From NCBI RefSeq assembly GCF_006345805.1, contig NC_043007.1, forward strand, positions 36,828,001-36,892,000: 64,000 nucleotides of DNA, given 5' to 3'. The DNA is from Octopus sinensis. Its lineage: Eukaryota. A program made the position numbers and the translations under genes. This document shows, piece after piece, positions 12,051 to 25,128 of the stretch. The notes beneath the pieces were generated by a model. It did not search any database, was not told where the DNA came from, and saw only the letters and a program-made list of their open reading frames with translations. Numbering within the stretch: position 1 is the stretch's first letter; each line of letters starts with the position of its first letter.

Positions 12051-14221
12051 AGTAAAATTGCCACCACCACCACCATCACCACTACCATCACCACCTCCAG
12101 CAGCAGCAGCACCACCACCTCCACCACCATCACCACCAGCCCCCCTCCTCCTCCACCATCACAACCACCGCCGCCGCCACCACCAGTACTCCTACTTCTA
12201 TCCCATCTTCACTATTACTGCTGCCATACCCCCACTCCCCACTTTGTCCTTTCAGATACTGGTGCCACTTAAAAAGCATCCGTGGTGCTGGTGCTGCATT
12301 AATGCACCTGTGTCACTGCTGCATAAACACACCCATGACAGTAACATGTAAAAAGCACCCAGCATACATGTTAAGTGGTTGGCATTAAGAAGAGCATCAA
12401 GTTGTAGAAACCATATCACAACAGATAGTTGGAGTCCAGGACAACTCCTTGCTAGCCAGCGTCATGTCGAATTCTCAAACCCATGCCAGCATGGAGAGCA
12501 GACGTTAAACAGCGATGAGGAGAGGTTAAAGTTTGAGAGTAGGGACCAGAGCAGAGCAGGTTTCTTGTTGTGGAGGAGCAGCTTATATTTTTTTAGAAGA
12601 AAGAGTGGGAGTGATTGGGTGGAAGTGGAAAAAATAAGAATTGTGATGAGATATCAGGGCAGATCCTCATGGTGTGGAGTGGGTAAAAATGTGCGGGGTA
12701 GTGGTGGTGGTGGAGAGGAACAAGGATTGCGGGTGGATGGAGGTTGCAAAAGTGTAAGGCAGTGAGCTGGCAGAAATGTTAGCACACCGGGCGAAATGCT
12801 TAGCGGTATTTTGTCTGCTGTTACGTTCTGAGTTCAAATTCCGCTGAGGTCAACTTTGCCTTTCATCCTTTCGGGGTCGACAAATTAAGTACCAGTTACG
12901 CACTGGGGTCAATGTAATCGACTTAATCTGTTTGTCTGTCCTTGTTTGTCCCCTCTGTGTCTAGCCCCTTGTGGGCAGTAAAGAAATAGGTATTTTGTCT
13001 GCTGCTATGTTCTGTCAAGGTCGACTTTGCCTTTTATCCTTTTGGGGTTGATAAATTAAGTACCAGTTACGCACTGGGGTTGATAAAATCGACTTAATCC
13101 GTTTGTCTATCCTTGTTTGTCCCCTCTGTGTGTAGCCCCTCGTGGGCAGTAAAGAAATAAGAGTATATGGGGGAGTGGGAGAGGAGAGGGGAGGTGGGTG
13201 ACAACTGTAAAGATTTGGATGAGTTGAAGGGTAGGTGTAGGGAATGGTGAATAAAGAGTGTAGGTGATGATCAATTAAGCATGAATTGGAAGAAATAGGT
13301 AGGGTGGCGGAGATATCCGACAGTGCAGAAAGGAGGAAACACAGAGAGAGAGAAAGGGGAGTTGACACATGGTTGGGTAAGTTACAGGAGTGGAGAATGT
13401 GTGATCAGTGTAAAATGTGGGTGGAGAAAACAGTATTAATGGATGAAGGTGCAGGAGTGGCTGTGTGGTAAGTAGCTTGCTTACCAACCACATGGTTCCG
13501 GGTTCAGTCCCACTGCGTGGCACCTTGGGCAAGCGTCTTCTACTATAGCCTCGGGCTGACCAAAGCCTTGTGAGTGGATTTGGTAGGTGGAAACTGAAAG
13601 AAGCCCGTCGTATATATGCATGTGTGTGTGTTTGTCCCCCTAGCATTGCTTGACAACCAATGCTGGTGTGTTTATGTCCCCGTCACTTAGTGGTTCAGCA
13701 AAAAGAGACCGATAGAATAAGTACTGGGCTTACAAAGAATAAGTCCCGGGGTCCAGTTGCTCGATTAAAGGTGGATCTCCACCATGGCCGCGGTCAAATG
13801 ACTGAAACAAGTAAAAGAGTAAAGGTTGGGTAACAAGTGCAATGGTTTCTGGTGGTAATAGAAATAAGTGGTATCAAGGGTGAGCTGGAGTTAGAATGAT
13901 GATAGACAGTGAGGGTGTCTTGAGGAAGAAATTGGGTGAAGGGTCCAGTATGTGTGTGTGTGTGTGTGCATGTTGTGAGTATGTATGTAGAGGAGTGTGT
14001 TGTGTGTATATATGTAGAGGTGTTTGTATAAGAAGTATGTATGAAGAAGTTTGAATGTGTGTGTGTGTGTTTCAAGTGTGTGTGTGTGTTACAAGTGTGT
14101 GTGTGTGTGTGAGTGTTTATATGCATCTAAAGCTGTGTGTCATATGCATGTATACAGAGGTATGTGTGTGAGTATGTAGAAATGTGTGCATTGTATGTAT
14201 GTGTATATATATACATATACA

Positions 14222-14311
<90 letters not shown>

Positions 14312-14645
14312 CAGAGCAGTGAAGTGCCTATTGTTTCTTTAAGAAAAGAGAAATAAACATATCTTGTATTGCTAAGTTGAGATAAGAGGACTAAGTACGA
14401 GAGTGTTTTCTTTAGGATTATATATCTTTGGCATTTCCCCTCTCTGTCTGTCTGTTTGTCTATCCATCTATCTACATGCACACACACACACACTCATACA
14501 TACACACTCATACATACACACTCATACACACACACACACATACACGCATACATACATACATATGTTTATATTTTGAGTTATATTAAAAGCAGTTTCTGAG
14601 TTAAACTGAAGGATTATTCAGTACTTCTTTGTAGAGTATGTACAG

Positions 14646-14687
14646 TGACTGCAATGTTTCAATCAGTTAGCCTTCATCAGACAGTCA
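14646..14687 (-). ncRNA. Degenerate minimal type-I hammerhead ribozyme motif
   Basis: Minus strand: ugacugu-CUGAUGA-A-ggcuaacugauu-GAA-ACAU-U-gcaguca. Intact core and 7-bp stem I; stems II and III decayed. Confidence 0.6.
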
Positions 14688-14769
14688 TATGAAGAATAAC
14701 AGGCCAAAACTTCAAAGTCAGTCACCACACATCTTGAAAAAATATAAAATAAAATAAAATAATATAATA

Positions 14770-15749
14770 TAGGTGCAGGAGTGGCTGTGTGGTAAGTAGC
14801 CTGTTAACCAACCACATGGTTCCGGGTTCAGTCCCACTGCGTGGCATCTTGGGCAAGTGTCTTCTGCTATAGCCCCGGGCTGACCAATGCCTTGTGAGTG
14901 GATTTGGTAGACAGAAACTGAAAGAAGCCCATCGTATATATGTATATATGTATGTTTGTGTGTCTGTGTTTGTCCCCCTAGCATTGCTTGACAACCGATG
15001 CTGGTGTGTTTACGTCCCCGTAACTTAGCTGTTCGGCATAAGAGACCGATAGAATAAGTACTGGGCTTACAAAGAATAAGTTCCGGGGTCGATTTGCTCG
15101 ACTAAAGGCAGTGCTCCAGCATGGCCGCAGTCAAATGACTGAAACAAGTAAAAGAGAGTAATATAGGCGTAGGAATGGCTGTATGGTAAGTAGCTTGCTT
15201 ACCAATCACATGGTTCCGGGTTCAGTCCCACTGCATGGCACCTTGGGCAAGTGTCTTTTACTATAGCCTTGGGCTGACCAAAGCCTTGTGAATGGATTTG
15301 GTAGACGGAAACTGAAAGAAGCCCGTCGTATATATGTATATATATGTATGTGTGTGTTTGTGTGTCTGTGTTTGTCCCCCTAGCATTGCTTGACAACCGA
15401 TGCTGGTGTGTTTATGACCCCGTAACTCAGCAGTTCGGCAAAAGAGACTGATAGAATAAGTACTGGGCTTACAAAAGAACAAGTCCCGGGGTCGAGTTGC
15501 TCGATTAAAGGCGGTGCTCCAGCATGGCCGCAGTCAAATGACTGAAACAGGTAAAAGAGTAAAAAAGAGAGTAAATGAGTATATATATATATATATATGG
15601 CTGTGTGGTAAGTAGCTTGCTTACCAACCACATGGTTCCGGGTTCAGTCCCACTGTGTGGCACCTTGGGCAAGTGTCTTCTACTAAAGCCTCAGCCCGAC
15701 CAAAGCCTTGTGAGTGGATTTGGTAGATGGAAACTGAAAGAAGCCCGTC

Positions 15750-15810
<61 letters not shown>

Positions 15811-16241
15811 GTTTGTGTGTCTGTGTTTGTCCCCACAACATTGCTTGACAACTGATGCTGGTGTGTTTACGTCCCTATAACTTAGCAGTTCGGCAAAAAG
15901 AGACCGATATAATAAGTACTAGGCTTACAAAGAATAATTCCTGGGGTCGATTTGCTCGATTAAAAAGGCAGTGCTCCAGCATGGCTACAGTCAAATGACT
16001 GAAACAAGTAAAAGAGTAAACCAAGTGAAATCATAGTTGTGACTGATGCCAGTGTCACGTAAATGGCACTTGTGCTGGTAACATAAAAAAGCACCCATGA
16101 CGCACTTGGAGTGGTTAGCATTAGGAAAGGCAACCAGCCATAGAAACCATGCCAAACCAGAGTGGAACCTGGTACAGCCCTCCAGTTTACCTGTTTCAAT
16201 CAAACCATCTAACCCATGCCAGCAAGGAAAGCAGATGCTAA

Positions 16242-16260
<19 letters not shown>
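14770..16260 (+). mobile_element. Three head-to-tail family A SINEs; the last continues into an RTE-like tail ending in (GAT)n
   Basis: Heads at about 14772, 15165 and 15597; tails gtaaaagag at about 15150, 15555 and 16010; then aacccatgccagc...aaatgatgatg. Confidence 0.88.
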
Positions 16261-16278
<18 letters not shown>

Positions 16279-16612
16279 GGTGCAGGTATGGCTGTGTGGT
16301 AAGAAGCTTGCTTTCCAACCATGTGGTTTCAGGTTCAGTCATACAGCATGGCACCTTAGGCAAGTGTCTTCTACTATAGCCTCCTCATTTTTCTCTCCCT
16401 TTTTACTCCCTTGTTTCTATTCTTCCCCATCCTCCTCCTCCTCCTCCTTCACCCCCATTCTTGTCTCCTTTTCTCCCCACCCCTTCTTCTCATATCGAAC
16501 CCTCTCCCCTTACCTTTTCCCTTCCCTCCCCACCTCATCTGATTTATTAAAAACCAAAACATAATCGCAATCAGTGCAGACATAAAAAGAAAAGTAGTTG
16601 TGTGCCACTTAC

Positions 16613-16695
16613 AACTTGGTCTGGTTCCGGTATGCAAGAACCCTTGAAAAAGCTGTTATTACTGAAGATTTCTTTATGTCGAGGAATCAGGTCAC
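16613..16695 (-). CDS. CDKL1: CDKL1/4-like kinase, coding exon
   Basis: ttttcctcAG|GT GAC CTG..GTT|GTaagt; 83 nt, phase 1/0; (G)DLIPRHKEIFSNNSFFKGSCIPEPDQV. Confidence 0.95.
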
Positions 16696-17384
16696 CTGAG
16701 GAAAAGAAAAAAGCATAGGAACAGGTGAACCAGTTATGAAGCATAGAAGCAAGACTGGGTTTTGGTCATTACCAGGATGGCATGGTGACAGACAGGAATT
16801 ATAGGATCTCATAATAACCTCCTTTCCCTCTTACCATGCTTACAATATTTGACTGAATATAAGTAATTTTTTAAACTAAACTGTATGGAAAAAAAAAAGT
16901 ATGTTTACTACTATCCCCCCCCCCCCCCCCCACTACTACTAATAATAATTGCGAAAGGATGAAAGGCAAAGTTGATCTTGGTGGAATTTGAACTCAGAAT
17001 ATTTATACACGTGAAATGCCACTAAACACTTTGCCTGGCAATATTAAATATATATATATATATAATTGATGATGGTTGCTTCATCTTGACAGATGATAGC
17101 TGTCCCATCAATGCACACACTACATCCCATCACACAACACAATCTCTCCGTTGATGAGTCCTTAGATGACTTTTAAGACCAGCTGCTGACTGACAGGGTT
17201 TAAAACACAAGTGACAGATATTCTACAAGTTTCTTCTATAACTTTGGAATCTGATTCTGAAGGAATTTTTTTGTGAACTAGCATATGTCTTTTAAGTTCA
17301 GGTATTGTCTTACAAACATAGACACACACACATAAATATATATCATATTATATCATATATTATTTCATAATAGAACTGCTGCTA

Positions 17385-17633
<249 letters not shown>

Positions 17634-18339
17634 TTAAAAGGGTCTAAAATAAAGAAAAACAATTTCATTTATTTTCATTTTTGCATTGAAAAGTCACATC
17701 TTTTTTTTTATTTTGTTTTCTTGTATATTTGACCACCTGTATAAAATTTAGTGTATACAGGAAAGGTCATAGTTTTTGATGAACTTCCAAACAGCTTTCA
17801 TCTACCTGATTCACTTACAAGGCATAAGTTGGCTTGGGGGAGAGAAGACACTTGCCCAAAGTCAATCAATTTCTTGTGAGTGAATTTCGAAGATAGAAAC
17901 TGTGTGAAAGGCCATCATATATATATATATATATTTACACATGCACACATATACTTTTATTTTTTTACTTGTTTTAGTCATTTGACTGTAGCGTTGCTGT
18001 GCACTGCCTTTAGTCAAAGAAATTTACCCCAGGACTTATTCTTTGTAAGCCTAGTGCTTATTCTATTGGTCTCTTTTGCTGAGCCACTAAGTTTTGGGGA
18101 TGTAAACACACCAACATCAGTTGTCAAACAATGGTGTGAGGACAAACACAGACACAGCAGCCCGCTTACCCTCCTCTCTCTTTCTTTTTTTTCTTTTACA
18201 TTTATATCTGTGGTATCAATAATGCTTACACCCACAGCGCTCATAATGCTTATATTGATGCTTATATTTACAACACCCCAAACACTTACCCCCCCCCCAC
18301 CACCAGTAGAGGCAACGACCAACCTTTCAGGTGCTGAAT

Positions 18340-18680
18340 AACATCTCTCCTTCCTGTGTTACCTCCCATATCTCTATCCCAGTTTTCAGAGTTAGTACTG
18401 CAAATGTAGGCACATTGAAATGTAGGTCTAGCGAGATTGTAGAGATGCTTAAATGGAGACATGTTGATGTATGCTGCATACAAGAGGTAAGATGGAGAGG
18501 AGCTTCAGCCAGAGTCCTCACAGGGAGAGCATATAGATATAAACTCTTCTAGGAAGGTGATAGTGATGGAATAGGGGTGTGGGCATACTTCTTGCAGAGA
18601 AATGGGCAGTCATAGAGGTAGTGAGGGTGTACAATAGAATATTTAAACTCAGGCTAGTCTTGCAGAATGGTATAGCTATA
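18340..18680 (+). mobile_element. RTE-clade LINE AP-endonuclease fragment
   Basis: VSTANVGTLK..DVCCIQEVRWRG..YKLF..GVGILL..W..VIEVVRV.NRI matches APE domain motifs; contains stops. Confidence 0.85.
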
Positions 18681-20654
18681 ATTATTCAACATTGGTGGCA
18701 TGGAGAGCGGAGGCTGGTATGCATGGGTGGCTGCTTGTCTTTCATAAACAAGCTTGCTTGGACTTGTGCCTTGGAGAATTTTCTAGGGGCTGAGGCAAGG
18801 GAGCTTTACCCTTAAAATGAATGTAAATTACGTTATGGTTATTTTGCTAACAGCTTTGTCCCCTCTCAAATTTATTTTAAAAAATTTATTGAAATATTCT
18901 GTGCTTCAGTATGGCTTTTAAATGTGCTGGCTGAGACAAAGTAAAATAAGAAAGAAAGTAGTGAGAAAGAAAGGAATGATGGAAGAAAAAGAAAGAAAGG
19001 AAGGAAGAAAGAATAGAGAATGAATAAAGAAAACAGAAAGAAATAACTAAAGAATGAAAGAAGAAAGAAATAATGAAAGATGAAAAAGAAAGAATAAAAA
19101 AATGAAAAAGAAATCAGAAAGAATGTAAAAAAGAAAGAAGAATAAATATTAAATGAAAGAATAATAAATATATAAAAGAAAGAAAGAATTAAAAAATTAA
19201 AGAAAGAAAGAATAAAAGAATTAAAGAAAGAAAATAGAAAAGAAAAAAACCAATGAATAAAAATGATTAAAAACAGAAAAAAAAAAGAATAAATAAAGAA
19301 TAAGGAAAAGAAAGGAAGAAGAAAAGAAAGAACTTCAGCAGTCTGTTATTGTTTGAAAAATGTTCATAGAATTAGCCACTATCATTGTTGAATGTAGTTT
19401 TAATTGGTCTTCAGGGCCATTTTAATTATGACTTTGTTAATTGGTAGCATTATGAAAATATTTAACACTTTTACAATAGAATGTCATATTTCTATTTACA
19501 TATCAACTAATTATTTCAACTAATTGATTGAATATGAAGTCTAGTTTATGAAAAATTTTAAATGAATTAGTTGGACTAGGAGGAAGGGGGCTGTATGCAA
19601 TGCATGGCATTTGCATGACATTTGCAGCTCGTTACATGCTAACGAGATTGATGCACGCTGATTTCCATTCTGAACTTTATTTGCAGGTCATTAGGTCTAT
19701 TAAAAAAAAACAAACCAAAACCAGAAAAATCAAAAAAATTCCCAAACAAACAAACATACATGAGAATGGAAGGGAAAACAGTGGGTACTCCTAGCTTTAT
19801 GCTACAAACTTACTGTTTTACTCTTTTACTTGTTTCAGTCATTTGAATGTGGCCATGCTGGAGCACCACCTTTAGTCGAGCAAATTGACCCCAGGACTTA
19901 TTCTTTGTAAGCCTAGTACTTATTCTATCAGTCTTTTTTGCCAAACTATTAAGCTACGGGGACGTAAACACACCAGCATCAGTTGTCAAGCGATGTTGTG
20001 GGGACAAACACAGGCACACAAACATATACACACACATACATATATATATATACATATATGCGACAGGCTTCCTTCAGTTTCTGTCTACCAAATCCACTCA
20101 CAATGCTTTAGTCAGCCCAAGGTGCCACACAGTGGGAATGAACCCGGCACCACGTGGTTGGTAAGCAAGCTACTTACCACACAGCCACTCTTGGTAATCA
20201 TACTACTACTATAAATAATAATAATGGTTTCAAATTTTGGCATAAAGCCATCAACTTCAGGCGATGGGGTAAGTTAATTACATTGACCTCAGTGCTCAAT
20301 TGGTACTTATTTTATTGACCCCAAAAGAATGAAAGGCAAAGTCAACATTGGTAGATTTGAACTCAGAATGTGAAGCATTTTGCCCAGTGTGCTAACAATT
20401 CTGCCACCTCGCCACCTTAATTATTATTATTATTATTATAATAATAAGCTTTTCTATAATAGGCAGAAGGCTTGAAATTGTGGGAGAGGAGGATACTTAA
20501 TTACATTGATCTTAGTGTTTGACTGATACTTATTTCATCAACACCAAAAAGATGAAAAGCAAGTTGATCTCAGCGGACTTTGAGTTCAGAACAGATGTAA
20601 TGCCACTAAGCATTTTGTCTAGCATACTAATGACTCTGCCACTTCATTGTCTTA

Positions 20655-20695
<41 letters not shown>

Positions 20696-20713
20696 TAATG
20701 ATAATAATAATAA

Positions 20714-21258
20714 GTGCCCTGATGCAATACTAGGCAATGGCTCTCATGGCTGCTGATCTTAACTGATTGGAAGTGTTATCATGTACATGTTTTGTCTTGG
20801 TATAAAAGATGGGCTACAGCAAATATTCTGCTCAATACCACAGATTTGCTTGTCAGTTGTTTGACCTTAAGCAGTTGAGCATGTCCCTTAGTGACTGATG
20901 ATATGTGCATCTCTAATCACGAGCAGAAGTAGTGGGGGAGCATCATAGCCATGTATTGAGAGGGATTCTTTGGGGTTTGAATAATTCACCTCTGGAGACA
21001 TGGGTGTTTTGTTCGACAACCATTATTCAGGGACCTTTTGAGCGGGATGGGTTACTCGACCAGAAGAAAATTCTAACTGGGCCCCACCTGCAAGGTCATG
21101 TGCTGTTTATTTTGATATGAGATCACCATGTCTCGCACATATAGTTGTGATGCTAGTGCCTGGTGTACCCTTATCAGATGGGTAGTCATGATGGGTATAT
21201 TGGGCTTCATATATTTTACCCCAGTGTCACTTTGATGGCATGCACTGCTCTCTCACTC
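20714..21258 (+). mobile_element. ~550-bp interspersed repeat (family E) embedded in (AAT)n
   Basis: Reverse-complement match along its full length to 28614-29169; (AAT)n on both sides. Biological orientation unknown. Confidence 0.85.
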
Positions 21259-21295
<37 letters not shown>

Positions 21296-21705
21296 TAATA
21301 ATAATAATAGTTTTCAATTCATAGTAATTTTTGATTTAGGCTTAAAGTTAGCAATTTTGAGGGGTGGGTGTTAGTAGATAATATTAACCCCAGTACTTGA
21401 CAGCTACTTTATTTTATTGACCCCCAGAAGATGAAAGTTGACCTCAGCAGGATTCGGAGTCAAAACATAAAGTGCTTGATGAAATACCACAAGGAATTTT
21501 TTTCTGACACTTTAACAATTCTGCCATTCCACAAAGGAGTGGATAAGGTACAAGAATAGTTTACAAAAAGTGTATGTGGATGTGTGCTGTATGTTTGTGT
21601 ATTTGGTGGTGGTGGTGGTGGTGGTGGTGGTGGGTTATTTGTTTACAGATTCAATAAATAAATAAAGAGAAATGGAAAAAAATGAGTTGCCATTGGCAAC
21701 AGCTA

Positions 21706-21801
<96 letters not shown>

Positions 21802-24800
21802 CTAACACGAAAGGTGGGAAAAAACAAGGAGACAATGAGAACAGGTTAGATTTGGGATGGTGTGTGGTTGTGGCGGTGGTGCTGGTGGGGGGAGGAGATA
21901 TTGATGTTGCAATTGTTATTATACCTATTTCTTTACTACCCACAAGGGGCTAAACACAGAGGGGACAAACAAGGACAGACAAACGGATTAAGTCGATTAC
22001 ATCGACCCCAGTGCATAACTGGTACTTATTTAATCAACCCCGAAAGGATGAAAGGCAAAGTCGACCTCGGCGGAATTTGAACTCAGAACGTCAAAACAGA
22101 CGAAATACTGTTAAGCATTTCGCCCGGCGTGCCAACGTTTCTACCAGCTCGCCGCCTTAAATTGTTATTATACTACCCAAGTTCATCTACCTCTGCAGTA
22201 ATCAAGCAGATCTGTGATCAAAGGTGTTCCAGCCATGACCATTCCATCATATTTTTTTTTCAATGTGCAAGCTTCTCAGAACCACATTATTCACCATACT
22301 ATTTTGTTGATAATACATGGCATGATTTTGAGAGAAATTTGGTTGCAATTTCTAGGAGGTCAAATTGTTACGTAAGGGCTTCCTTGATAGTTCATGTTGA
22401 TGAATTTATTTGCCAATACAATGGTGATGAGAATCAATAATCAAGAAACAATACTATCATCAATGTCATTGCTGTCAGTAGCAGTGGTAGTATTGATACT
22501 TAGTTATTGATCAGCTTGATTGAGTGGCTCTATAATCAAATGTGTTCCAACTGTGAGCATTCCATCTTCATTTTTAGCATAAAATAGTGTCTCTAGGATT
22601 TGTTTTTGAGTTAGGTCTGAAGGAGATTTGACTGCTATTTGTAGCATGTTAAATGTCCTCATAGTAGGGGGTGTACATGAGTGTAATGAGTTCTGCTATG
22701 TGTATGTATACATGGATAACACACAAACACACACACAGGTACTTATAGTTAATCTTTTCTACTCTAGGCCCAAAGCCTGAAATTTTTGGGGAGGGGGCCA
22801 GTCGATTAGATCGACCCCAGAATACAACTGCTACTTAATTTATCGACCTTGAAAGGATGTAAGGCAAAGTCGACCTCGATGGAATTTGAACTCAGAATGT
22901 AAGGACAGACGAAATACTGCCAAGCATTTCACCTGGCTTTCTAATGTTTCTTATTTCTTTATTACCCACAAGGGGCTAAACATAGAGGGGACAGACAAGG
23001 ACAGGCAAAGGGATTAAGTCGATTACATCGACCCCAGTGCATAACTTTTACTTATTTAATTGACCCCGAAAGGATGAAAGCCAAAGTTGACCTCGGTGGA
23101 ATTTTAACTCAGAACGTAGCGGCAGACGAAAGACAGACGAAATACCACCAAGCATTTTGCCTGGTGTTCTACCATTTCTGCCAGCTCACCACCTTTGCAC
23201 ACATATTTATTGTCATCATCATCTAATATCTGTCTTCCGTGCTAGCATGGGTTGGATGGGTTTACAGGATCCGATGATCATGAGGACCATGTTGACTTCC
23301 AATGTCTGCTTTGGCATGCTTTCTTTGGTTAGGTGTCCTTCCTAATGACAACCACTTTACCAAGTTGGGTGGAACTTTATGTGGTGCCAGTACTAGTGAA
23401 ATTGCCATGTTGCTTGCAAGACACACACGCATACATATGCGCATGTGTGTGTATGTGTGTGTGTGCGTGCACGTGTGTGTGTATGTATGTGTGTGTGTGT
23501 GTGTGTAAGTGAGTGTGACTTGTGTATGTTTGTATGTACACAAGTGTGAGTGTAAGTATGCGTGGAGGAGTGAGAAAAAGAAACAGGTTGCTTGACCAGT
23601 GGTCACTTGATGGTGGTTGTGGTGATGATGTGTGTGTCTAATCCAATGTGTGTGTGTGTGTGAATTAGAAATATGATCAAACTTTTTATTGCAGAGTAAG
23701 GGAGTTGGATCAAGAATCAAGTTGTTAAGTGGAAAGTGACGTGTTGGATGAAGAGAGGTGTTGAGTGGAGAGCAAGGGTGTTGACTGGAGAGTGAGGTGT
23801 TGTATAGAGAGTGAGGAAGTTGGGTGGAGAGTTGAATTAAAACAAAAACAATAATAATAAATATGTCCAACTTTGACTCATAAAAAAAATAATAAATGTT
23901 TCCTTCTCAAGCCAGGCCCCAGTTTCCCAGTTTCAATGGTGTATATATTCCCCACCTGGATGGGAAGCCGGTCCTTTGAAGGGTTATTCATTTTGCCAGC
24001 TGTGTAGACTGGAGCAAAGTGAAATGAGGTGTTTTGCTCAAGAACACAATGCTCAGTCCAGGAATTGAAACCACAATCTTACGATCATGAGTCTAACACC
24101 CTAACCATTAAGCCATGTGCTTCCACTAACTTTGATACAAGGACAAAGATATTTTTTTTTGTTGGGGGAATACAAAGAGGGAAATAGTAATTGAATTCAA
24201 TACTTGAGCGGTACTTCATTTTTGCTTTTAGTTGAAAAGGAAGAAAATCAAAGTCAACATTATTAGGATTTGAACTTGGAATGGAAAATGGCTAAAACTA
24301 AATATTGCAAGGCATTTTGTCTGACATTCTAGCGATAGTGTCACTGACTACTATTACTACTACTGCTGTGGATGATGATGATGATGATGATGACGATGAC
24401 AATGACGTGGAAGAGGAGGAGGAGGAGGGCATCTAATATTGGCTCAGGGTCAGAAATTTGAACTCCTTTGTTACCATATTTCTCTTGAAATATATTGGCT
24501 TTGTTTCAACTAATTTTGAAAGTAATGAAGAATTTTATAAGTTGCAGCAATATCAAAGGAAGGCTAACACATAAGAGGTGCAGCAATATCAAAGGAAGGC
24601 TAACTGGGAGCTAGAGTAATGTTACTCGATAGAGTGTGTAACTTGAAAATCAGAGAGGCACTCTTGGTAGAGCTGTGACTTCTCACAGTTGAGAGATCAT
24701 GGCTCCAAAACTATGGACATGTGGGAAGAAAGTCCCAGGAAAAAATTGTTGTAAAGGTTTTATGAGCAAAACCAACCATCAGGAGGCTCAGGGATTGATC

Positions 24801-25128
24801 ACAAGCAAGATTATTGGATAATAGTTATAAGTTCAGTTGGTCATGCTTAGACTCAGCTGGATCAATTGAAGACAATTGCCCTGTTTCTGACAGGACCTGG
24901 TGGAAGGCGTGCTTGAGGACTCTTCCCCCATGACCTTTTCAGGAATAAGTGGGCAAAGAAGATGAGATGAGATGTACCTGTATATAAAGACACAGCAAAA
25001 CTGTTCTGAGAGAGCAGCTAGGTACTGAATATCAGTCAACGTGTGCAAGAAAGATGAGTGCAATGATATTACAGATGTGTATGGTGGCACTCAGAGTGGT
25101 TGGCATCAGGAAGGGCATCCAGCTGTAG

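Noticed and set aside
24543-24604. 26-bp direct repeat tgcagcaatatcaaaggaaggctaac x2
   Set aside because: Simple local slippage duplication; no associated structure.
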